From assembly GCA_000182565.2 (NCBI GenBank), contig KQ257453.1: DNA of 64,000 nucleotides. One strand, written 5' to 3'. The translations under genes were made by a program, and so were the position numbers. The DNA is from Spizellomyces punctatus DAOM BR117. Lineage: Eukaryota. Position 1 is the first letter of the stretch. Every line of letters starts with the position of its first letter. This document shows positions 23,857 to 35,349 of this stretch, piece by piece. A model generated the notes under the pieces. It did no database searches and had not been told where the DNA came from. It saw only the letters and a list, made by a program, of their open reading frames with translations.

Positions 23857-26800
23857 ATGTCGTATTCAAACGGACGAGGCTATGGTGGTGGTACGTGATT
23901 ATGTGCAATTCCCACACGGGGTAGCAAAGACTTCTCTTGAGCACAGGCAGAAGACTTTACCATTTTCACTCAGATCGGCATTATCGGCAACGGGGCCCAA
24001 ATCGGCGACGGTATGAGGATAATACTCCCTCTAAATCACCTGAAGAGCTCAAAAGAGAACAGATCGTGTCGTATTTATTCCGACTAGGAGACTCGGTGCG
24101 TTTGATGGGCAGTAGAAGGGAAAAGGGGGCCCGGAGGGTGTCATTGGAAGCAAATCATGCACATGTGGCTTTATACTGACGCCCGGTTATGATACATCGC
24201 TACCAGGATCAAAAACAGCAGGCGGATCTGTGCGCGACACAACTGCTACGAGACTTTGGAACACATCCTCAAATTGTGCGGAGTGTATTCAAGGAATGGT
24301 AAAGCACAACCTATCTTTCTTATCTTTTTAGACTGCCTGTTAGCTAAGACCTAGCAGCATAACCCATGTCCCTCAGAAAGTATCCTTGTACGGCACCTTA
24401 AGCGGGTTGCTGAATGCACGGAATTTTGACGCTGGTGCGGCCATCATTGAAATCACCTGTGAGGCTTTGCAAGAGGCCCTCAACAACAGCGACTTCCGCT
24501 CCACCAAGATTCTCTTGCGTTACATCGCAGAACTCGTGAACGCAAACGTTATCCAATCGACGCAACTTATCGGCCTGTACGATCTATTTTTGAACGTGCT
24601 GAATGAGCCAAATGTGCGACCGGAAAGGGCTGATGCGTTTGTCTATTCTGTGCTTGCGAGCATTCCATGGGCCGCACGTCAGCTTAGCGACACGGAAGCA
24701 ACTGAACTTGAACGCATTCTGGGGTCCATTGAGAAGCACATGAATCAGCGGCAAGCAAATCTTGCAACTAGTGGGATTGAACAGGCGATGGAAGCGCTGA
24801 AGGTGTACCGCGACGTACCCGAAGGTGAACCGTATCTCGTGACGGATCGGCTGGAGAGTCTGTGGCGCCAGATCATTCAGCTCAAGCAGGCCGACGAATG
24901 GGACCTGAAAATCATCTTGAGACCTACAGATTTTACCGATCTACTCAGCACGCAACTACAACATGAGCTGAGGCCCATATCCATTCCATCTGGAGATGTG
25001 AAGTTTTCCTATCAACCTGTTTTTCGTATTTTCGATGACTCTGTTCAAGGTGTTGAAGTAAGCCACGGTTGCGGCAATCTAGTTCGTCTCAATCAATCAC
25101 TCACCAGAATTGTCTCAGAATATCATTGTCCGATTACCCTCCGTGCTGAGCATTTCACGGTTCATTTTGGACGACTTGATTTATGATATCATCCGAATCT
25201 TCTCCCACAATCACCGGGAAGTGTGCCGAATGCTCACAGATCTGGAGACTTTTTTGAACGGGTACTATCTCAGGGATGGAGGGTTCAACGTTATGGCCAG
25301 CGTGATAGAAACCGTGTTCGGTGAACTGCTCCGGCTCCCACGGAGTGGTGAGCGATCAGTGTACTATGCTACTCTGCTGATAGATCTTATCAAAGAGGAC
25401 TTGCAGACGATTCCCAAGGTCCTAGGACGGGCCATACGAACATTGTTTTCAAGGTTGGACGGATCGCAAGGTTTGGGTGGGGGAATGGACGTGGAAGCTA
25501 TTCGGAGATTCAGTGAGTGGTTTGGCATCCACCTGAGCAACTTCGGATTTATGTGGAAGTGGCAGGACTGGTCTGTATTTGTCATTGCTCGAGAAGTTAC
25601 TTCCTTACATGCACACCATCCTAACTGAGCTCGCTGCTGTACAGGGAGCCCGTCCTGTCTGTTGAACAAGACTCTGCCTGCTTTGTGTTCATTCGGGAAA
25701 CTCTGGAACGATGTATCCGTTTATCGTATTGGGAGCGCGTCCAGGGCAGCCTTCCAGAAGCATTTGCGGAGAGTGAAATTATCTTCCCTCAGGAACCGCC
25801 TCATCCGAACTTTAAATTTGAGTCAGAGGAGACCACTGGAGGTATAACAGGATGATCACTTGATGGCTGATAACGGCAGAGATGCTTACCCAAGACTATC
25901 CAGATGCACAGCTTTATGAGTTAACCTCCCAACTGCGATCATCGTTAGCAACGAAGAGCGGGGCAGAAGAAATCTCAGATCTATTGCAAAGGATTCGTGA
26001 TCATGCCACCAGCAACGCTCCCAACGCTATGGAAGGAGTTGTTGGAGCGTCTGGCGGAACTGGGACACCTGAGGATCTAGCTCGAGAAGCGCTTGTCCAA
26101 TGCGTTATGCAACAAGGCAGCAAAAGTTTCAGTCACGTGTTGAATGTGGTTGAACGGTAAGCGCTGTCATCGTCAAACGATTAGGTCATGATGATTGACC
26201 CGTTTTACATCTTTAGGTACCTAACAGTACTACGCGATTACAATGGCACTGAAGAGGCACGAAGCCACACCGTTCGGATAATAGTTGACTTCTGGAAGGA
26301 TAATACGCAATTCTTGGAGATCATCCTGGACAAGCTCATGAACTACCGCGTTGTCACACCTAAAAGCATCCTGTCCTGGGCTTTGGATCCAAGTGTGTTG
26401 GATTCACACTACACGAGGTATGCAGCTAAACCAGCAGGGCATGCAAATGACGCAGTACTTGAACTATGTTCTGACTATAAAAAGGTTCCATCTTTGGTCA
26501 ATTGTACGCACAACCTTGGCCAAGGTGAATTTCAAGATAGCGCAAATAACCGCGAAACTTGAAGCAGCACGGAGGCAATCATCCGTAGACAACGACCTCA
26601 TGTTGCAAGGTACGTTGGATTGGATTGATTATAGATAAGGTCGGGGCTAATTCATAAACTGCCGTGCCTATAGATGGCGATGACAGTGTCATCCAATCTT
26701 TGGAGGAAAACCGACAAGGTGCTTTGCGAGAACAAAAAGAAGTCTTCCTGCATGTATTCCAGGTACATTACTATCCTGAATATCCCTTGGAAAATTGAAT

Positions 26801-27149
26801 GATCACCTCACCCAATGGCTTCCCATGATCAGAGATTCGTAGATGCGATAAGAAATAAATGTCGCTCACTGGAGTCCCAGGGGATTGACCCAACGAGAAC
26901 GGCCTGGTACCGTTGGGTTATGGGCAACATGCGGGAAGTCGCTCGTGGGGTACGTGTCAGTCGAGTCTCCTATTTGTCTTTGCCGTATCGCTGATCCTCG
27001 ACTTGAAATGATAGTTCCCAACGGAGGTGAAAGCATACCAGGTTACACTGGATATGATCATTTTTACCGACGACGTCGACCCACGCATATTGAAAGTATG
27101 GCAAGAGATCAAAAGTGTTTATTCACTACATACAGATACGCTAGCGTAA
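23857..27149 (+). CDS. STO1: Nuclear cap-binding complex large subunit CBP80, multi-exon
   Basis: PQKVSLYGTLSGLLNARN, VYYATLLIDL, RFSEWFGIHLSNFGFMWKWQDW, GSKSFSHVLNVVERY, ILDKLMNYRVV. Confidence 0.93.
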
Positions 27150-27454
27150 TCGCCATGCGAGTCAAATGATTTGTAGACGTAGTAGTGGAATATTAATTGC
27201 TTTGTCTCCAAGACCTTGAAATCGCTTTCACTCTTTGCTGGCATTTGAAGGAGGAGTGCAGTGTTCCCTCGACAATGTATGCAATCTTCCACAATCTAAC
27301 CCTGGAGCCGTTTCGGTCGTCCTTGACTGCTAGCTGCGAACGGCGCGGCTATTCAGGCCGGTATTGCTCTAGCGTAAACCGACGGTGCTTTCGCCAAGTG
27401 TCAGTTACGAGCTTTCGTAATCTTCAGAAGAATCCTACAAATCCTGGTGCTGGC

Positions 27455-28148
27455 TCATCGCTCTTTTTCCTCTTCTGGAGGAACGAGTCCGTTGTAGATA
27501 CGATAATAGACCACCGTGGAATCTGTCGACATGATCGCAAGGACGAGGCTAAGATAAAAAGTCAGTTCCTTCTCCCCAGTATGCGAAAATGCCGATATAC
27601 ACCTTTCCAAGTCTGAGGACGACTCTAAAGAAATCTCTGACAATTGCGAGAAGAGTATCGAAACGCTACGAGGGAGTGTTACTTTCATGCTATAATTGTC
27701 CTCGACAACAGACTCTAAACCCTTACCTGGACACCGACCATGATTCCGCTTCCGTCATTGGTACCATAATTTCTGCTTCTTCCTATACTATAATATTGTA
27801 GCTACGATGCTATCGTTCTCCAGTCAAGCCCTCTCCAGTACCTCCAATTCTCTCCGAGCAAGTAGTACAATCTTCTCGAGAGACTTAACAAATCTGGCGT
27901 GGACGTTTGCCCATTCCTTTGCTAAGACAAGGTTGAGAATTCAAAGATTACAAGCAGGGATCGACGAAGGTTAGTTGCTCACCTAGCACTAGATCCAGAT
28001 AAACCTGAAAAGACAGCCATCGGACCTTTTGTGGGGCATCGGGGCATTCCCGTGCAAATTGCTCATACTGAGTGAGATAAAGTATGTCAGCTTGTGATGT
28101 GCCTTGTATCTTTCAACTAACGATGCGTACCAATGGATGCCTTTCCAT
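27455..28148 (-). CDS. SEN15: tRNA-splicing endonuclease subunit Sen15, 6 exons
   Basis: Spliced MERHPLY...FQVYLDLVLAKEW...LVLAIMSTDSTVVYYRIYNGLVPP. Confidence 0.85.
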
Positions 28149-28310
28149 ACGTTTCTTCTTCTATGCGATCAGATGCAGCGAACATTTAGGAAGCTGACGA
28201 GGACGTGAGGTCATCAGCACAACTGTGCCGCCACTGCCTAGCAACAACGACCAGGCCATGACCGCGCTTCTTGAGATTGGCAATCCTTCAGTTCGTTCCA
28301 TGTAAAAAGC

Positions 28311-29977
28311 ATGTCTTCTCCCAGCCATTTTGCAGTCTTGGGGGGAGGTGTATCGGGGCTTTCGACGGCGTGGTATCTCTCGAAACTTGCACCAAAAACA
28401 GCGAGAATAACAGTTGTTGAAAAGAATGCTCGAGTTGGAGGATGGGTGCACACCAACATGCAAGATGGCCAACTCTATGAGCTCGGACCTCGCACGATCA
28501 GACCTGTCGGTGTTGCGGGAAGGGCGGTGTTAGATATGGTGGGTACACTCCTGCTGCAGAAGATGCTCTTATTGGTGTTGATTACATGTTTGGTTTCTGA
28601 AGGTCTATCGTCTCAACCTTGTAGAGGAAGTGCTTACAACGCCAAAGAATTCGCCAGCCGCAATAAACCGTTACATATACCAAAATTCTCGGCTGCACCA
28701 TTTACCTACCTCACCCCTTGACCTTTTGATGCCTTGGAAGGCAAAATCCCCACTACTCAAGGGCCTTTTGTTCAGTGTCCTTCGGGAGCCGTTCGTCAAG
28801 CCAACAAACGCGTCAGACGAGAGCATACACGGCTTTGTAGAGCGACGTTTTGGACGAGCATTGGCAGATAATCTTGTTTCTGCTGTGATACATGGAATAT
28901 ATGCTGGCGACTCTACGCAGCTGAGTGTCAGAAGTGCAATGCCGTTCCTCTGGGAGTGTGAGAAGAAGCACGGGAGTGTGGGACGAGGAGTCTTAGCACC
29001 TCCCGCTGTAGCACCGATTGGGGACGAGCGCGCACCATTGAGTGTGGAGAGTAACGACGCGAAGAAATTCATTTCGGACATCCAGCGCAATAGTAGCATT
29101 TTCTCGTTTAAGAATGGGATGCAGACGCTCACGGACGCGCTAAAAAGGGATCTGGACAAGGAGGAGAATGTGTCATTTATACGAGGCAACATTGAGAGCC
29201 TCTCTTTCAAAGAGGGCGTGGAGGTGCGCAATTGCTTTACCGTTCTATAACGGTAATATCTGATCTAACGACTTGCATCTTTTTTTTTTTTCTTTTTGTA
29301 AGATTGCTCATACTGCCTCATCACAGCCTTTGAAAGCCGACCATGTGATTAGCGCCATACCAGCGGTTGATCTTTCTCGCATCCTACCGCCCTCCAGTCA
29401 TGCACTATCTTCCCTGCTTTCGTCTATCAAGTCGGTCGACGTTGCTGTCGTAAACATATCATTTGGGGGTCATTTTTCAAAGATCCTTCCGGTGAATGGC
29501 TTTGGATATCTCGTGCCGGCAACCGAGGATACGCCAATTTTGGGCACGGTGTTTGATTCTTGCGCCATGCCCAAACAGGATTCGGGCGATCAGACCCGTG
29601 TGACCGTCATGATGGGCGGACACAAATTTCACAAGTACTTTGGTGATCCAGATGTTGTGAGCAAGGAGAAACTCTTGGAGACGGCCATGACCGCTGTAAG
29701 GACACATTTGGGTGTCAATGCTGAACCGATTGCGTCGAGCGTAGTCATTCACAAGCAGTGTATTCCTCAATACGTTGTGGGACACCGTGACCGCCTTCAC
29801 GCGATTCATGAGGAGGTCAAGTCTCAACATATCCAACTCTCCCTGGTCGGCGCAAGTTATCTGGGAGTTGCAGTGAATGATTGTGTGAAAGGGGCGCGTG
29901 ATCTTGTGTCAAATCTGCTGGTCGAAACACAAGCGAAACAGCGCAGGATTACAGGATTGGAGAGAATAGAAACCTAA
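28311..29977 (+). CDS. HEM14: Protoporphyrinogen oxidase, 3 exons
   Basis: VLGGGVSGL, RVGGW, YELGPRTIRP, GIYAGD, GFGYLVP, CIPQYVVGH, GVAVNDCV. Confidence 0.95.
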
Positions 29978-30180
29978 TTACGTATTAATAATTCTTAGAT
30001 CAAGCCATAGATAGTGTAAATAGTACCGTTGCGTATTAGCAGCATTCAGAGGCGTAAAAACATTAGGTATCTAGGAACGCTACATATGCCATGCTAACGA
30101 CTCCACGTCCGCCTACGACCGGTACGCAACTAAAGCCATAAATATCGAATTGATGTCCTAAGGTGGCGGAGGCGCTCCCC

Positions 30181-31191
<1,011 letters not shown>

Positions 31192-31315
31192 GATTGCGTA
31201 TTAGCAATTAGAAAGTAGGGGGTATCGACGGCAGATGGTAGAGGTCAAAAACTTCCAAGTTGCCGTTTTGCGGGCCTCCTCGGAAGTCGCTCTCCGGCTC
31301 AACACCGCCATTTCG

Positions 31316-31329
31316 GTTGCCATGACAAT
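31316..31329. promoter_or_regulatory. RFX X-box
   Basis: GTTGCCATGACAAT in the ADK1/RPC19 divergent promoter. Confidence 0.6.
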
Positions 31330-31419
31330 TTGTCACATCTTACGAAAGCACCAGCGATCTTCCATTGCTGTCGAGATCGTTTTTTCGCTCCCAAATTCTC
31401 AAAACACAACTTGCCCAAC

Positions 31420-32008
31420 ATGGCTATGGTAGAGCCCACCGTCGATACGCATGGCTTTCCGTTCACGGAGGGGGCCATCAAATTCGAAGTGGTAAAAGAG
31501 AACCTGCATTTTGAAAAGCTCGTTCTTGTAGGCAGAAGGACTCACTCATGCCTTAGATCTCTACAGACGAATCGGACCCATCTTGTGCAACATTCTGCGT
31601 ACATGACGAAGACCATACACTAGGAAACTCACTTCGTTACATGATCATGAAAAAGTGGGATACCTCAGAGTTTGAACATTTGACATGATAAGTATACTTA
31701 CTGGCAATTCTAGCCCTGCCGTGCAATTTTGCGGTTACTCCATTCCTCACCCTTCCGAATTCAAGATCCACATTCGTATACAAACTGATGGTACGCCCAT
31801 CCTCTTTGAAATTCAACGTTATGAACCTGATTGCTTGTACAAAGCTCAACATGAGATACTCTTCATAGGCACGATGACAGCAGCTAAAGCTTTAGATAAA
31901 GGTCTAGACGATTTGATGGCTCTCTGTCAACATGTTCTGGAAACATTCAACGCCAAAGTTGCTGCAAGAGATGAATATGAGATTCGGGAGGGCGCCGAGT
32001 TTGAATAG
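31420..32008 (+). CDS. RPC19: RNA polymerase I/III shared subunit AC19, multi-exon
   Basis: [36 protein letters not shown]. Confidence 0.94.
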
Positions 32009-32663
32009 ATCAATGAAGTTTCATGGTCAGATAGATCATAGAGTGGGATTGTCAAACGATTGTTTAGGTGAAGGTTATGTAGACATCTTGCACGGTGGCC
32101 GGTGGTCGTGTTGCGGAGGTATCACTTGTATATAGTTAATTAACATAATATCAAGCAGGGTTATGCTAGTACTCGTATTTGCTAATGCGACTACTGATGA
32201 CATCTCCATTTGAACGCACCGAGAAGAATGCTGTAGATCAATCCAAGTGGCGATCGCCTAGCTCCCAACAGATAGCGTCCCGCCTCACTCAGACAATGTG
32301 CGAGACGTAAAGCTATTGAGTCCCCCTGAGCCTCAGTCACCTACTAGTTGATGGAGTGCCCTAATCTTTTGCCCTTTTGTGAATGTCCTGTGGTCTGATG
32401 AATTGGTAAGGGTGACGACATATGCAAGGTAGCACAGAATACCTGAATAAACAATGTTTTTAAATACCAGCTACCGCATAGTCACCAGGAAGGTTTTCCG
32501 TTCGCGCGTGACGAAGCCACTAGTCAAGGTGTAGTATCTGACATCGCGGAGATGTCCGATAGTGGTCATTCGTATCCTCGTCATCACTGAGTAGGCTGAA
32601 GACGATATTTTCGGTTTTCTCAAGAGTGAGATGAGGTTGTCGTTGTGTAGCGCGGCGTATTCG

Positions 32664-34094
32664 CTACGATCGTCGTCGAGAGCCAAAATAGCTCCCTGTT
32701 TGCCTTGAGGTATTGGATATTGATGCAAGGCGCGTGGACCTCTTCGGGGTGACAGTTATGTACGAATGATCTTCATATGATGTTAGGTCCGCGCTCTGTA
32801 ATGGTGGTGGGGTAGGAGAATCCACTACAACACTCGCATCTTTCGAGTGTCGAGTTCTTTTCAGAGTTGAGGTGTTCTTCAGATCGCTTTCCCAGTACGC
32901 TTTTGGGTTCGCAGATTTCGCGGCCCGTTCGATCCGCTCCCATGCTTCTCTCGCTTGTTTGCGCATATCTTGAAGATCGGCAAAGTCATCCTCGTCAGGT
33001 GATTCCGGAGTTGCGACCTCTTTGAAAGTCCGCTTTCGGACAGGTGTGCGGACAGATGTACGCTTGTTTTCACGTAGCCCGGTTTCAGAATCCGAGCCAT
33101 ATGCTTCGAGTTCATTGTCGGCGTCGACTGCCACGTCCTGTGCCTTGTACAATCTCGAACCTCCACGCGACGGGTCCGCTACAAGCCGTTCATACTTTTG
33201 AAATTCGCAAAGAATATGCTCAACGTCCAAAGGTCGCAAAACTAATGGATCGTTTGTGTGCAGAACGTCTCCTTTGTCAAGTGTCTCGTAGGCATTGCGT
33301 AGCAATTTGTTGACCCTGACCGTCAAGCGATTGATACTATACCCGGTGAGCTCACGGTAGCCTAGGATCTCCAACCCTTTTTTGGCACCAGGACCAGGTA
33401 CAGGCGCGGTCGGCGCTGGTATGAGTCCGCACATGAACATGTCACAGGACTCTTGATATGCATGAAAATCGCCCACAAGCTCGAAGCGAAGCATATTCCC
33501 GTACACCTCCTGAAAACTCGGCTCACGGGGATTATCTGGGGGACCAAAAAGGGATTTTCCCACGTCGGCGGATAAGTGCCAGTTCACTTTCATTGCGTCG
33601 ACAACAACCTTGTACGGTGCACAGAAGGTGAATGCCCGTGTTCTCCAAGATTTGCCGGTTCGCTGTTTTGCACGTTCCCATTCCGCAAACTTCTGTAGTG
33701 CATCATCTAAATTGCTGATATATCCCAGCTCTCTATTGTAGGGAGGATTGGACAGCCATCTGTGAGTGATCACGTTCCAGAGAAAGTGAGGTTTTCTAGG
33801 ATCTCTTCTGTGAAGGATCTCCCGGATGACCCTGGACCCTCGGTCGTCCTCGCGTCTACTGAACCAGTCAGTATTGCGAATGGGGCAACGGCAACTTTCA
33901 AACTACAGGTGGATTGCGGACCTGTGGTGGCAAAAGTGAAACTCTGCCAATACACTGTCATTTGTCCATTTGGAAGGCGGCTCTCCCCGAGCGCGTCGGA
34001 GCGCTACACGCTCTCGCTCGAGTAGGTAGTGAAGGAAGAGATCCCAGGACTGCTTCTTGGCGAAGGAAGCAGAGGAGGTGCCGCACCAGTGCAT
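32664..34094 (-). CDS. 5-hmdU DNA kinase helical-domain protein (aGPT-Pplase1/HMUDK_hel family), 2 exons, with basic/acidic disordered C-terminal tail
   Basis: ERERVALRRARGEPPSKWTNDSVLAEFHFCHHR/REDDRGSR across a 66-nt GT-AG intron (33921-33856), then GDFHAYQESCD, PGPGAKKGL, DVEHILCEFQKY. Confidence 0.82.
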
Positions 34095-34115
34095 TGGAGA
34101 AATCTATCGAAACGG

Positions 34116-34254
34116 CAGTCGACCACAGTTAATGAATAGTCACCACACTCTATGCAATTTTAATGCATTAATTCAATTAAATGCACGTAAGTGGTTGGAA
34201 TTGTGGTTCCAGTGTGCCATAAATGGTTGACTATTCACTAACTGTGGTTGAGTG
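34116..34254. repeat. Imperfect inverted repeat (about 25-30 bp arms) around an AT-rich core; MITE-like or hairpin
   Basis: ACCACAGTTAATGAATAGTCACCA (34122-34145) versus TGGTTGACTATTCACTAACTGTGGT (34224-34248); internal palindrome TTAATGCATTAA 34160-34171. Confidence 0.75.
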
Positions 34255-34305
34255 GTAGGCTCATGTGCAGAGACATGTCATGGACGAGAGAACAAATGCT
34301 CTATT

Positions 34306-34887
34306 TTAAATGCTCTTGAATTCTAGATTTTCAAAAGTCGTCTCAAATCCCGTCGGTCCTGGAGCCGCACACATAATGCCCATCTCTACTGGTCCACTTC
34401 CCCAGTCATATGTCTTGCGCACAAGCTCCCAGCCATCTCCATCCGTCCAGGTCTCGACAGTAACTGTTCCCTCCGTGCGCTGCAAGCGGATACAAAGCGG
34501 CGCTCTAGGCTCTCGTTGGTGTCCAGGGTACGCACTAACAGACCAGTCAGACCAACCTCCGTGCTTATTCACGACAACGGACACGCGTGGTGCTCCATTA
34601 TAATGCTCTACGCCAGCTTTTATCCATTCCTCTGAACTATGATAAAAAATCAGACCAGCTTGCTGATACTCGCTTGTGTACTCTGCTTCAAAACGGACGG
34701 AAGCAGTAAAGTTTCCAGTAATTGGAGCTGTGTAGCAGTGCGCTGTGTCGTGTACTTTCCCTGGCCGACGATATAAATCTGTGTTTGCAGCCGCTTCCAC
34801 CACTATGACGTTCGCAGCGTGATCGACAGTATACTTTGGCGGCTCATTGAGCCATCGCAAAGGTGCAAGTGGGAGCTTTTGCGGCAT
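34306..34887 (-). CDS. DUF1349 / Ree1-like concanavalin-A-fold protein, intronless
   Basis: WLNEPP, YQQAGL, WIKAGVE, SVVV...SDWS, MGIMCAAP, F..TFENL. Confidence 0.85.
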   Translation of the reverse strand: MPQKLPLAPLRWLNEPPKYTVDHAANVIVVEAAANTDLYRRPGKVHDTAHCYTAPITGNFTASVRFEAEYTSEYQQAGLIFYHSSEEWIKAGVEHYNGAPRVSVVVNKHGGWSDWSVSAYPGHQREPRAPLCIRLQRTEGTVTVETWTDGDGWELVRKTYDWGSGPVEMGIMCAAPGPTGFETTFENLEFKSI

Positions 34888-35133
34888 CTCTTTGTGTGGC
34901 GATTAACCTCCAGTGACGAGAATCATGCCAGTAGTTGTAGTGACTTTTCCACGGTGTCGCGTTATCCTATGCCATGATGCAAAGTCCAATCGGCTCCTTT
35001 TGCACGGCCATGGGTCGTATCTTCTACTTGGCGTATTCCGGCCTTCATGCCTTCATTGCGCTGTTGATTCTTGTTTAATCCTTTGGCCGTTAAACTTTTG
35101 TTTCTCAAAAGTTGGAACTTTTGGCCTGGGGTT

Positions 35134-35147
35134 GTTGTCATAGTAAC
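35134..35147. promoter_or_regulatory. RFX X-box
   Basis: GTTGTCATAGTAAC in the DUF1349/TAF4 divergent promoter. Confidence 0.6.
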
Positions 35148-35349
35148 AAGCGGTGTGACCGTCCTCAAGACTCGCTGATCTGCGCTGGACTTTCTGAAAG
35201 TCATCCGACGCTTGACTCGGACCTTGTTGGGGGGAAGGAAAACGTTACGTTCAGCAGCTGCTTCTACTCAAGTTGGACTGCACTTTAGATAATGATGCTA
35301 ACGAGTTGATGAAAAACTACTCCCGCTTCACAATCTGTTGTTCACGACA

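Noticed and set aside
24380-24389. GTATCCTTGT resembling a U12 donor in STO1
   Set aside because: Lies in coding sequence (KVSLYGT) that reads through as conserved CBP80; no U12 branch site follows
28671-29231. Long antisense ORFs here and opposite POL12, TAF4, DnaJ and ELP1
   Set aside because: Shadow frames of well-supported coding exons
32525-32540. CAAGGTGTAGTATCTG resembling the U2 snRNA branch-recognition region
   Set aside because: Flanks do not match U2 stem I or an Sm site; probably chance
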